Shown: one piece after another, positions 46,191-56,593 of the stretch
Position numbering within the stretch: position 1 is the first letter of the stretch
How the letters are laid out: each line of letters starts with the position of its first letter
From: Acidobacteriota bacterium
Lineage (GTDB): Bacteria > Acidobacteriota > Vicinamibacteria > Vicinamibacterales > UBA2999
DNA length: 64,000 nt
Assembly (NCBI GenBank): GCA_003222635.1
Contig: QHWQ01000150.1
Coordinates: 11,307-75,306, forward strand
Reading direction: 5' to 3'
Made by a program: the position numbers and the translations under genes
The notes under the pieces: model-generated
What the model was told of the DNA's origin: nothing
Database searches by the model: none
Seen by the model: only the letters and a program-made list of their open reading frames with translations

Positions 46191-47057
46191 ATGATGCTCG
46201 GTGACACCGTTTCGCACTACCGGATTGTCGGCAAGCTCGGCATCGGCGGCATGGGCGTCGTCTACGACGCCGAGGACACGCGGCTGCCCCGCCGCGTGGC
46301 GTTGAAGTTCCTGCCGCGCGAGCTGGCGGGCGATCCTGATTCCACACGCCGGCTGCGACGCGAGGCGGAAACGATTGCGCTCATCAATCACCCCAACATC
46401 TGCACCATTTTCGAAATCGACGAGCACGAGGGAAGCCATTTCATCGCCATGGAGCGCGTGGACGGCACGAACCTGAAGATCCACATGGCACGGACCACGC
46501 TCAGCGACGCTGACGTTATTGATATTGCGCGGCAGATAGCGAGCGCGCTCGACGCGGCGCACGACAAAGGGGTGGTGCACCGCGACATCAAGCCCGGCAA
46601 CATCATGGTGGGCCCCGGCGGCATGGTGAAGGTGCTCGATTTCGGCCTCGCGCGGCGTTTCAAGATGCCGGAAACGGGCGAGCAAATGATGTACGGATCG
46701 ACCATTCCGGGGCGGCCGCTCGGGACGGCGAACTACATGGCGCCGGAACGGATTCTCCAGGGGCCGCTCGATCCGCGGAGCGATCTGTTCTCGCTGGGCG
46801 TCGTCATGTACGAAATGGCCACGGGGCGGCTGCCGTTTGCCGGTGTCTCGCCCGCGGAAACCGTGGAGAACATCCTCGAAAAGCAGCCGACTCCGGTGAG
46901 CAAGCTCTCGCCCGAACGAGCCGTGCGCCTCGAGAAGATCGTGATGAAGCTGATCATCAAGGATCCCGACGGCCGTTATCAGACCGCCGGCGAAGTGCAG
47001 GAAGCGCTCGCCGCGACCCGTTCAAAGAACATCCTGGGCCGGTTTGGCCGCTCGTAA
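46191..47057 (+). CDS. Hanks-type Ser/Thr protein kinase, catalytic domain only
   Basis: GKLGIGGMGVVYDA...VALKFL...HRDIKPGNIMV...DFGLAR...GTANYMAPE. 288 aa, with no TM or sensor domain. Confidence 0.85.
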   Translation: MMLGDTVSHYRIVGKLGIGGMGVVYDAEDTRLPRRVALKFLPRELAGDPDSTRRLRREAETIALINHPNICTIFEIDEHEGSHFIAMERVDGTNLKIHMARTTLSDADVIDIARQIASALDAAHDKGVVHRDIKPGNIMVGPGGMVKVLDFGLARRFKMPETGEQMMYGSTIPGRPLGTANYMAPERILQGPLDPRSDLFSLGVVMYEMATGRLPFAGVSPAETVENILEKQPTPVSKLSPERAVRLEKIVMKLIIKDPDGRYQTAGEVQEALAATRSKNILGRFGRS

Positions 47058-47100
47058 GAATTTGTCCTACGCGGCGTTGTTTCCTGACAGGAGGAAGGAA

Positions 47101-47484
47101 ATGACGAACCACAAGTCAGGGAGGATTGCGTTCGCTACCGCGCTGCTGGCGATGGTCATGGCCGCGTCGAGTCACGCGTGGAGCTTCAACCACGAGAACA
47201 GGTTCACCTTCAGCAAACCGGTCGCGCTGCCGGGTGTCGTGCTGCCGGCGGGCGAGTATTCGTTCGACGTCGCGAGTCCGACGGCGCTCGATGTCGTGGT
47301 CGTTCGGAATTCTCGGTCGGGCAAGGTGCTCTATATGGGGTTTACCAACATCGTCCAGCGGCCGAAGACCCTCTCCAACGACACGCCGATCACGTTTAGT
47401 GAGGCGCCCGCCAGCGAGCCGCGCCCGATCTCGACCTGGTACGAGATCGGGCAGTCAATGGGACATCAGTTCCTCTACCGCTAA
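47101..47484 (+). CDS. Small secreted protein, family shared with 47544-47918 and 11866-12060
   Basis: AGGAGGAAGGAA RBS, signal peptide, FTFSKPVALPGVVLPAGEYSFDV...PRPISTWYEIGQSMGHQFLYR. Confidence 0.55.
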   Translation: MTNHKSGRIAFATALLAMVMAASSHAWSFNHENRFTFSKPVALPGVVLPAGEYSFDVASPTALDVVVVRNSRSGKVLYMGFTNIVQRPKTLSNDTPITFSEAPASEPRPISTWYEIGQSMGHQFLYR

Positions 47485-47543
47485 CCCCATCCTGTCCGGT
47501 TTCGGTCTCCTGCGCGTTAACCCAGCAGGAGGCCGAAACATCC

Positions 47544-47918
47544 ATGCCATGGAAGCCGGTTGCGCTCGTCGCGACGCTCATCGCGTTTGGATTCATCGGG
47601 GCGCCAACGACGCGCGTGTGGGGCGGCTGTTCGCGAGACGCGGTGACCTTCGACCACGAGGTCACGCTGCCCGGCGGCGTCGTGCTGCCGGCAGGTGAGT
47701 ACACGTTTCAGATCGCCGACATGCCGGATCTCGTGCTGGTCCGCAGCGTCGATTGTGAGGAGACGTTCTATCTGGGATTCACCACCGAGATGCCGCGGCC
47801 GAAGAGTCCCGCGGGCGGGGTGCACGTGGCGTTGGGACCGGCGCCGGCTGGCGAGCCGACGCCGATCGTCGCGTGGTATCCGTTCGACAGTCCGAACGGA
47901 TATCAATTCCGCTACTGA
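47544..47918 (+). CDS. Small secreted protein, paralogue of 47101-47484
   Basis: Signal peptide, VTFDHEVTLPGGVVLPAGEYTFQI...PTPIVAWYPFDSPNGYQFRY. Confidence 0.55.
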   Translation: MPWKPVALVATLIAFGFIGAPTTRVWGGCSRDAVTFDHEVTLPGGVVLPAGEYTFQIADMPDLVLVRSVDCEETFYLGFTTEMPRPKSPAGGVHVALGPAPAGEPTPIVAWYPFDSPNGYQFRY

Positions 47919-47928
47919 AGTTTGAAAG

Positions 47929-48777
47929 TCAGGCGCCAGCTTTCAGTTGTTGCAGCTGGTTCTTGTATCCCTGGTTCATCGGATCGATCTCGGCGGCCTT
48001 CTCGAGCGCCTGGATCGCCTTGTCCTTGTCCATCTTCCGCTGATACGCCTGCGACATCACCTGATAGCTGCGCGCCGACGTCGCGTGATACGCGAGGTTG
48101 AGCTGCGCGAACGCAATCGCATCGTCGGGCTTGTTCATCGCCAGTGACTGATTCGCCGCCGCGAAGAGCGTTGCGTCCGAGAAGTCGTACGCCTGCGCCC
48201 CGTAGTACTGCTTCCGCAGATCCTGATACTGCTGCACGGCCTTGTTGATGCCGTCCTTGCCGGCGGTCTCCATCATGATCGCCACGAGCTGCTTGGGAAT
48301 CGCCACGCCGCGATGGCAGGTGACGCACTGCACGTTGGTCAACTCCGCGGCCGGCTTGCCGAGCTCGGCCTGCAGCTTCATGTTGACGTCGCGCGCCATG
48401 GCGAGCATCACGCGCGCTTTCTTCTTCGTCTCCTTGTCGTCGGAGGCGAAATCATTCCCGGGCCTGTCGACCGGTGGTTCGGCGTTGTGGCAATAGGTGC
48501 AGTTGACGCCGAGCGCCGCGTTGAAGTTCTGCATGATGGGCAGGATCTGCGCGCCGGTCATGTCCTTCGGGAAGAACTGCAGGTTCTTCGGCGTCGGTAC
48601 CTGCGGGCCGCCGCGGCCCTGCGCCGGCGGTGCGGCTCCGCCCTGCGGCTCGGCGCCGCCACGGCCGCCTCGACCGCCGCCTCCGCGACCGCCGCCGCCC
48701 TGCGGCGCCTGCGCCGAGATCGCAACCGTGAGTACGAACACGCCGACGAGCGTCGAGACGAGGGAGAATCGCTTCAT
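47929..48777 (-). CDS. Secreted c-type cytochrome (two CxxCH motifs) with an RGG-rich N-terminal region and a TPR-like C-terminus
   Basis: Signal peptide, a GGGGRGGGGRGGRGG tract, the heme motifs CTYCH and CVTCH, and a helical-repeat C-terminus. AGGAG lies 6 nt before the ATG at 48777. Confidence 0.7.
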   Translation of the reverse strand: MKRFSLVSTLVGVFVLTVAISAQAPQGGGGRGGGGRGGRGGAEPQGGAAPPAQGRGGPQVPTPKNLQFFPKDMTGAQILPIMQNFNAALGVNCTYCHNAEPPVDRPGNDFASDDKETKKKARVMLAMARDVNMKLQAELGKPAAELTNVQCVTCHRGVAIPKQLVAIMMETAGKDGINKAVQQYQDLRKQYYGAQAYDFSDATLFAAANQSLAMNKPDDAIAFAQLNLAYHATSARSYQVMSQAYQRKMDKDKAIQALEKAAEIDPMNQGYKNQLQQLKAGA

Positions 48778-48851
48778 GCACATCTCCTGATAAAGAGGCG
48801 GGAAATGGTAACATGGCTCGGTTCGTCGCCTCGCAGGAGTTCCGCCCATAC

Positions 48852-50026
<1,175 letters not shown>

Positions 50027-50027
<1 letters not shown>

Positions 50028-50896
50028 TGGCCGTGCTCCTCGACAAGAACACACGGCTCATCGTTCAGGGGCTCACCGGACGCGAAGGCACCTTTCACGC
50101 GAAGCAGGCAGCCGCCTACGGCACCAACGTCGTCGGCGGCGTTACGCCTGGCAAGGGGGGCACCACGCACGAAGGGTGGCCCGTCTTCAATAGCGTTCAC
50201 GACGCAATCAAAGAGACTGGCGCCAACGCGACCGTGATCTTCGTGCCGCCGCCGTTTGCCGCCGATGCGGTGATGGAGGCGACGGATGCGGGCATCCCGC
50301 TCGCCGTCTGCATCACCGAAGGCATTCCCGTGGTGGATATGCTCCGCGCGTTCACCTTCATGAAGGAGAAGAAAACGCGGCTCGTGGGCCCGAACTGTCC
50401 CGGCGTGATCACGGCAGGGCAGGCGAAAGCGGGCATCATCCCCGGTCACATCCTCCGCGAAGGACGCGTCGGCATCGTCTCGAAGAGCGGCACGCTCACC
50501 TACGAGGCCATCCATCAGCTCTCGAAGGTCGGCATGGGCCAGACGACGTGCATCGGCATCGGCGGCGATCCGCTGATCGGGACAACCCACATCGATGCGC
50601 TCGAGTTGTTCGGCAATGACCCTGACACCGACGCGGTCATCATGATTGGCGAGATCGGCGGCACCGCGGAGCAGGAAGCGGCGGCGTGGATCAAGCAGAA
50701 CTTCAGCAAGCCCGTCGTCGGCTTCATCGCCGGCCAGACCGCGCCTCCAGGACGACGGATGGGGCACGCGGGCGCGATCATCGCCGGCGGTCAGGGCACC
50801 GCGGCGGAGAAGATGGAAGCGCTGACGAAGGCGGGTGTGCACGTGGTCAAGAGTCCCGCTGACATGGGCGCGAAGATGAGGGAAGTACTTGGCTGA
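50027..50896 (+). CDS. sucD: Succinyl-CoA synthetase alpha subunit
   Basis: [18 protein letters not shown]...GHAGAII; 289 aa. Confidence 0.95.
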
Positions 50897-51305
50897 ACGT
50901 ACGTTCGCAATCATCAAACCGGACGCCGTCGAGCGCGGGCTCGCGGGCGAGATTCTTGCGCGCATCATCAAGGCGGGCTTCACGGTGCAGGCGATGCGGC
51001 TGCAGCATCTCACCAGGCGCGAGGCCGAGGGGTTCTACGCGGTGCACAAGGAGCGGCCGTTCTTCGGCGAGCTGACGGAGTTCATGTCGTCGGGACCGTG
51101 TGTGCTGCTGGCGCTCGAGGCGCCGAACGCGATTCAGAAGTGGCGCGACACGATGGGGCCGACCGATCCGGCGAAAGCGGCGCCGGGCACGCTGCGGCGC
51201 GACTTCGGCCAGTCGATCGGCCGCAACGCGACGCACGGCTCTGACGCCCCGGACACCGCCGCGTTCGAGCTGGGGTACTTTTTCCGAGGGATGGAATTGG
51301 TGTGA
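50889..51305 (+). CDS. ndk: Nucleoside diphosphate kinase
   Basis: [13 protein letters not shown]...NATHGSD. The TTG start overlaps the sucD end. Confidence 0.95.
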   Translation: MAERTFAIIKPDAVERGLAGEILARIIKAGFTVQAMRLQHLTRREAEGFYAVHKERPFFGELTEFMSSGPCVLLALEAPNAIQKWRDTMGPTDPAKAAPGTLRRDFGQSIGRNATHGSDAPDTAAFELGYFFRGMELV

Positions 51306-51309
51306 CCCC

Positions 51310-51507
51310 ATGGGACGTCTTCTCATCATCGTCGGCTTGCTGATTGCCGGCGCCGGACTGCTGATGACGCTCGGGTTTCCAATCGGCCGTCTGCCGGGCG
51401 ACTTTTCCTACAAGCGGGGGAACTTTTCGTTTTACTTTCCGCTCGCCACCTCCATCCTCGCCAGTATCATCCTCACGCTGCTGATGATGCTGTTCGGGAG
51501 ACGCTGA
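51310..51507 (+). CDS. DUF2905-family small membrane protein
   Basis: MGRLLIIVGLLIAGAGLL...GRLPGDFSYKRGNFSFYFPLATSILASIILTLL. Confidence 0.6.
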   Translation: MGRLLIIVGLLIAGAGLLMTLGFPIGRLPGDFSYKRGNFSFYFPLATSILASIILTLLMMLFGRR

Positions 51508-52065
51508 GTGCCGTCGATCAAAGCTGACAGGTGGATTCGGAAGATGGCGCTCGAGCACGGGATGATCGAGCCGTTCGAGGATCGCCAGGTGCGCGAGGGG
51601 GTCGTCTCGTACGGGCTGTCGTCCTACGGCTACGACATCCGCGTCGCCGACGAGTTCAAGGTGTTCACGAACATCAACAGCACGGTGGTCGACCCGAAGA
51701 ACTTCGACGCGCGGTCGTTCGTGGACATGAAGACGGACGTCTGCATCATCCCGCCGAACTCGTTCGCGCTGGCGCGCACGCTCGAGTACTTCCGTATCCC
51801 GCGCGATGTGCTGACCGTCTGCGTCGGCAAGTCCACCTACGCGCGCTGCGGCTTGATTGTGAATGTGACGCCGTTCGAGCCCGAGTGGGAAGGCTACGTG
51901 ACGCTCGAGATTTCCAACACGACGCCGCTGCCGGCGCGCGTCTACGCGAACGAAGGCATCGCCCAGGTGCTGTTCTTCCAGTCCGACGAGCCCTGCGAAG
52001 TCTCCTACGCGGACAAGAAGGGGAAATATCAGAAGCAGCAGGGCCTGACGCTGCCTCGGCTGTGA
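51508..52065 (+). CDS. dcd: dCTP deaminase
   Basis: [12 protein letters not shown]...SSYGYDIRV...[15 protein letters not shown]...LEISN. GTG start. Confidence 0.95.
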   Translation: MPSIKADRWIRKMALEHGMIEPFEDRQVREGVVSYGLSSYGYDIRVADEFKVFTNINSTVVDPKNFDARSFVDMKTDVCIIPPNSFALARTLEYFRIPRDVLTVCVGKSTYARCGLIVNVTPFEPEWEGYVTLEISNTTPLPARVYANEGIAQVLFFQSDEPCEVSYADKKGKYQKQQGLTLPRL

Positions 52066-52110
52066 GGGCGGGTGAGGCGGGTACGGCCGGTGGGGCGGGT
52101 AGGGTGAGTG
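52065..52110. repeat. G-rich repeat with the core GGCGGGTGAGGCGGGT, spanning the dcd stop to the hisS start
   Basis: GAGGGCGGGTGAGGCGGGTACGGCCGGTGGGGCGGGTAGGGTGAGTG, with six or more G-runs of three or more. Confidence 0.7.
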
Positions 52111-53478
52111 GCGCAGCGGACTGAGCCTGCGCGCGGGATGCGCGACTTCCTGCCGGAAGACGTGCGGCGGCGCGAGTACGCCATCGGCATCATCACGCGC
52201 GTGTACGAGCGCTACGGCTTCGAGCCGCTCGAAACGCCCGCCGTCGAGAACATCGAGACACTCCTCGGCACGTACGGCGAAGAAGGCAATCAGCTCATTT
52301 TCAAGATTCTCAAGCGCGGCGAGCACGAGGCGACCGGCCAGGCCGACCTCGCGCTGCGCTACGACCTCACCGTGCCGCTGGCGCGGGTAGTCGCGCAGTA
52401 TCAGAGCAGGCTGCCGCGCCTCTTCAAGCGCTATCAGATACAGCCGGTCTGGCGCGCGGATCGTCCCGCGCGTGGCCGGTTCCGCGAGTTCTATCAATGC
52501 GACGTCGATTCGCTTGGCTCGACCTCGCCGATGGTCGAAGCGGAGCTGTGCGCGGCGATGTCGGATGCGTTGACGGAGCTCGGATTCAATGACTTCGTCA
52601 TTCGCATCAACCATCGTCAGTTTCTTGCGTATCTGCTCAACACCTTTGCTGTGCCGCGAGAGTCGCACGCCGATGCTTTGGTTGCCATTGACAAGTTAGA
52701 CAAGATTGGTGGCGATGGCGTTCTCAAGGAGTTGTTGAATCGGGGAATTTCAGAGCAGTCTTCCGACGCGATGCTTCAATTCTTTGAGGGGGCTGCGGAG
52801 ATTAAGGGTTCCGCGCCAGATCCAGAGGAAAACGAGGCTGCCCTCGATGTCGGCCGCGATCGCTTGCCGATCGGTTCGCCGGGACGTGATGCCGTCGAAA
52901 ATATTCGCGCCATATTGCGAATTACATCTGGAACGAGTGCCGAAGGTCGAATGCGTCTGGACTTCAGCCTCGCGCGTGGGCTGTCGTATTACACCGGCGC
53001 GATCATGGAGATTAACGTCGCGGATCTGGCGGGAAGCCTCGGCGGCGGCGGCCGCTATGACAACCTGGTGGGGATGTTCCTCGGCCAGAACATCCCGGCC
53101 TGCGGCTTCTCGCTTGGCCTCGAGCGGATTCTCGTCGTCATGGGCGAGCGCAACATGTTCCCGCCGACGCTGAAGACGACGGCCGCCGACGTGATGATTG
53201 CGACCTTCGATGCGGCGGGCGCGCCCGCGGCGATGCGGCTGGCCGCGCAATTGCGGGAAGCGGGGCTGCGCGTGCTGGTCTATCCGGACCCCGAGAAGAT
53301 CGGCAAGCAGATCAAGTACGCTGATTCGAGGGGAATCCCGTTTGTCGCCCTGCTGGGCGAGAACGAGATCCGCGACAACACCGTTACGGTCAAGAACCTC
53401 GCCGCGCAAACCCAGGACACCTACGGACAGGCGGACGCCGGCGCAACGATAGTCGAGGCATTGAGACAACGTGGCTGA
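52108..53478 (+). CDS. hisS: Histidine-tRNA ligase
   Basis: RGMRDFLPED, motif 2 (FRYERPQ-like: WRADRPARGRFREFYQCD), motif 3 (GGGRYD). 456 aa, with a lower-GC insertion-domain segment. Confidence 0.95.
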   Translation: MAQRTEPARGMRDFLPEDVRRREYAIGIITRVYERYGFEPLETPAVENIETLLGTYGEEGNQLIFKILKRGEHEATGQADLALRYDLTVPLARVVAQYQSRLPRLFKRYQIQPVWRADRPARGRFREFYQCDVDSLGSTSPMVEAELCAAMSDALTELGFNDFVIRINHRQFLAYLLNTFAVPRESHADALVAIDKLDKIGGDGVLKELLNRGISEQSSDAMLQFFEGAAEIKGSAPDPEENEAALDVGRDRLPIGSPGRDAVENIRAILRITSGTSAEGRMRLDFSLARGLSYYTGAIMEINVADLAGSLGGGGRYDNLVGMFLGQNIPACGFSLGLERILVVMGERNMFPPTLKTTAADVMIATFDAAGAPAAMRLAAQLREAGLRVLVYPDPEKIGKQIKYADSRGIPFVALLGENEIRDNTVTVKNLAAQTQDTYGQADAGATIVEALRQRG

Positions 53479-55246
53479 GCAACTCGGCAACCTGACTCGC
53501 ACTCACAGCTGCGGCGCGCTTCGTCCCTCGGACGTCGGCGCCAACGTGGTGCTGCTCGGCTGGGTGCACCGGGTGCGCGACCTCGGCGGCCTCCTCTTCG
53601 TCGACGTGCGCGACCGCGAAGGTGTCGCCCAGATCGTGTTCGACGACGACAACGCGCCGCAGATGGAGAAGGCGAAGCGGCTGCGCTCGGAGTACGTGAT
53701 TGGCGTCGAGGGCACCGTGCGGCGCCGATCCGCCGATACGGTCAACCCGAAGCTCGGGACGGGTGAAGTCGAGGTATTCGTCAAGCGGCTCACCATCCTC
53801 AACGAGGCGAAGACACCGCCGTTCCCGATTGCCGACGAGACGCCCGTGTCGGAAGACGTGCGGTTGAAGTACCGCTACCTGGATCTCCGTCGTCCGCGGC
53901 TGGCGGGCAACATGATCCTGCGGCACAGGATTGCCGCGGCCACGCGCCGCTACTTCGATGCACACGGCTTCCTCGAGGTCGAAACACCGATCCTGACGAA
54001 GTCGACGCCCGAAGGCGCGCGCGATTACCTCGTGCCGAGCCGCGTGCACCCGGGCGAGTTCTTCGCGCTGCCGCAGTCGCCGCAGCTCTTCAAGCAGATC
54101 CTGATGATCGCCGGCATCGATCGCTACGTGCAGATCTGCAAGTGCTTCCGCGACGAGGACCTGCGCGCCGATCGTCAGCCGGAGTTCACGCAGGTGGACG
54201 TGGAGATGTCGTTCGCGCGGCCGGAGACCGTCTTCGGCATCATCGAGCCGCTGATGCGCGACATCTTCAAGGTGATCGGCAAGGACGTCACGATTCCGTT
54301 TCAGCGGATGTCGTATGCCGACGCGATGGCGAAGTACGGCTCCGACAAGCCGGACCTCCGTCCCGGCCTCGAGATTCAGGACCTGCGCGCGCATTTCCGC
54401 GAGTCGAAGTTTCGCGTCTTCAAGGAAATCGTCGCCAAGGGCGGCACGGTCCGGGGTTTCGTCATCCCGAAGGCGAGCCACTATTCGCGCAGCGAAGTGG
54501 ACGGCATCGTCGACATGGCCAAGCAGCAGCTCGGCGCGACGGGCCTGGTGTGGGCGCGCCGCATGGACGACGGCGCCATCACGAGCTCGGTGATGAAGGC
54601 GATGGGCGAGGACGAGGTGAGTACGCTCCTCGACGCCACCTCGACCGGCACGGGCAGCCTGATGTTCATCGCGGCCGGAGACGCGGACCCGACGTCGAAG
54701 CTGTTAGGCCAGCTCCGCCTGATTCTCGCGAAGAAGGACGGCCTTTTGAAGCCGGACGAGTTCAGGTTCACCTGGGTCGTGGACTTTCCCTTGCTGGAGT
54801 GGGATCCGCAGGAGAAGCGCTGGAACTCGATGCACCATCCGTTCACCTCGCCGCTCGACGAGGACATGGAGAAGCTGGTCACCGACCCGGGCACCGCGCG
54901 CGCGAAGGCCTACGACCTGGTGCTGAACGGGAGCGAAATCGGCGGCGGCAGCATCCGCATCCACGACTCGGCGATGCAGAGCCGCATCTTCTCCCTGCTG
55001 AACATCAGCGAGGAGGAGGCGAAGCTGCGCTTCGGGTTCTTCCTCGAGGCGCTCGAGTACGGGACGCCGCCGCACGGCGGCATCGCGCTCGGCCTCGATC
55101 GCATCACGGCGATCCTCGCCAGCGAGAGCTCGATTCGTGAAGTGATTGCGTTTCCCAAGACCGCGGCGGCCGTCGACCTGATGTCCACCGCCCCGTCGCC
55201 CGTGGACCCGAAACAACTGCGGGAGCTGCACATTCAGATTAAATGA
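53471..55246 (+). CDS. aspS: Aspartate-tRNA ligase
   Basis: 591 aa (RTHSCGALR...GWVHRVRDLGGLLFVDVRD..., FRDEDLRADRQPEFTQVD, GGGSIRIH). Confidence 0.95.
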   Translation: MAEQLGNLTRTHSCGALRPSDVGANVVLLGWVHRVRDLGGLLFVDVRDREGVAQIVFDDDNAPQMEKAKRLRSEYVIGVEGTVRRRSADTVNPKLGTGEVEVFVKRLTILNEAKTPPFPIADETPVSEDVRLKYRYLDLRRPRLAGNMILRHRIAAATRRYFDAHGFLEVETPILTKSTPEGARDYLVPSRVHPGEFFALPQSPQLFKQILMIAGIDRYVQICKCFRDEDLRADRQPEFTQVDVEMSFARPETVFGIIEPLMRDIFKVIGKDVTIPFQRMSYADAMAKYGSDKPDLRPGLEIQDLRAHFRESKFRVFKEIVAKGGTVRGFVIPKASHYSRSEVDGIVDMAKQQLGATGLVWARRMDDGAITSSVMKAMGEDEVSTLLDATSTGTGSLMFIAAGDADPTSKLLGQLRLILAKKDGLLKPDEFRFTWVVDFPLLEWDPQEKRWNSMHHPFTSPLDEDMEKLVTDPGTARAKAYDLVLNGSEIGGGSIRIHDSAMQSRIFSLLNISEEEAKLRFGFFLEALEYGTPPHGGIALGLDRITAILASESSIREVIAFPKTAAAVDLMSTAPSPVDPKQLRELHIQIK

Positions 55247-56190
55247 AGAAGATCGCTCTTTCCGAAGAAGGCATCGAGACCGTCTACGGCGCGCGCGACG
55301 CGAACCTGAAACACATCGAATCGCTGCTCCACGTGGAAATCCGCACGCAGGGCGGCGAGATCACCATCGAAGGCGATCCCAAGGACGAGCTGCGCGCGCA
55401 GCAGATTTTCAAGCAGCTGCAGGACTTGAGAGACGAGGGCTATCCGCTCGGCAACGGCGACGTGAAGACCGCCGCGCAGCTGCTCGTCGAGAACGCGGAC
55501 CTCGATCTTCGCGACTACTTCCTGAAGGGCGGACAGCGGCAGGTCACGCGCCGCCGCGTCACGCCGAAGAGCGTCAACCAGCGCAAGTATCTCGATGCGA
55601 TCGATCGGTTCGACATCGTCTTTGGCGTCGGGCCCGCGGGAACGGGGAAGACCTACCTCGCGATGGCGCAGGCGGTGACGTCTCTGCTCGAGAAGAAAGT
55701 GAGCCGCATCATTCTCGCGCGGCCGGCCGTCGAAGCGGGGGAGAAGCTCGGGTTCCTGCCGGGCGACATCGCGGAGAAGGTGAATCCGTACCTGCGGCCG
55801 CTCTATGACGCGCTCTACGACATGATGGACACCGAGAAGGCGTCGCGGCTGATCGAGCGCGGCACCATCGAGGTGGCCCCGATCGCGTTCATGCGCGGGC
55901 GCACGCTCAACGATGCGTTCGTCATCCTCGACGAGGCGCAGAACACGACGCGCGAGCAGATGAAGATGTTTCTGACGCGGCTCGGGTTCGGGTCGAAAGC
56001 GGTCGTCACCGGCGACATTACCCAGATCGATCTGCCCAGCGGCCAGATCTCGGGCCTCGTGCAGGCGCTCGAGATCACGAGGAACATCGAGGGCATCGCG
56101 ACCGTGTATTTCGACGAGCGCGACGTCGTGCGGCACCGGCTGGTGCAGCAGATCGTGAAGGCGTATGACGCGTTCACGAAAAGGGGCTGA
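55243..56190 (+). CDS. phoH: PhoH-family ATPase
   Basis: Walker A (GPAGTGKTYLA), ILDEAQN, VVTGDITQIDLP. ATGA overlap with aspS. Confidence 0.9.
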   Translation: MKKIALSEEGIETVYGARDANLKHIESLLHVEIRTQGGEITIEGDPKDELRAQQIFKQLQDLRDEGYPLGNGDVKTAAQLLVENADLDLRDYFLKGGQRQVTRRRVTPKSVNQRKYLDAIDRFDIVFGVGPAGTGKTYLAMAQAVTSLLEKKVSRIILARPAVEAGEKLGFLPGDIAEKVNPYLRPLYDALYDMMDTEKASRLIERGTIEVAPIAFMRGRTLNDAFVILDEAQNTTREQMKMFLTRLGFGSKAVVTGDITQIDLPSGQISGLVQALEITRNIEGIATVYFDERDVVRHRLVQQIVKAYDAFTKRG

Positions 56191-56593
56191 CGTCTCGATC
56201 GACGTGATCGGGCGGGCGCCGGGGCTGGCTTCCTGGCTCGCATCCGTGGCGCCCGCCCGCGCGCGCGGTGCGATGACCGTCGCGATCGTTCCAGACGCGC
56301 GGGTCCGCGCGCTCAATCGAAGGTTCCGCAAGAAAGACAAACCGACTGACGTGCTGTCGTTTCCGTCGGACGAGCGCAACTACCTGGGCGATGTGGTGAT
56401 CGCGGCGGGAGTTGCGGGGCGGCAGGCACGCGCCGCCGGGCATCCGCTCGCCACCGAGCTGCGCGTGCTCGCGTTACATGGCCTGCTGCATCTGCTCGGC
56501 TATGATCACGAGCACGATGACGGCCGGATGGCCCGGCTCGAGCGGCGCCTGCGGAAGCGTGGCGGCCTGCCGGAGGGGTTGATCGAGAGGTGA
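56165..56593 (+). CDS. ybeY: rRNA maturation endoribonuclease YbeY
   Basis: TDVLSFP...HGLLHLLGYDHEHD zinc motif. Confidence 0.9.
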   Translation: MTRSRKGADVSIDVIGRAPGLASWLASVAPARARGAMTVAIVPDARVRALNRRFRKKDKPTDVLSFPSDERNYLGDVVIAAGVAGRQARAAGHPLATELRVLALHGLLHLLGYDHEHDDGRMARLERRLRKRGGLPEGLIER

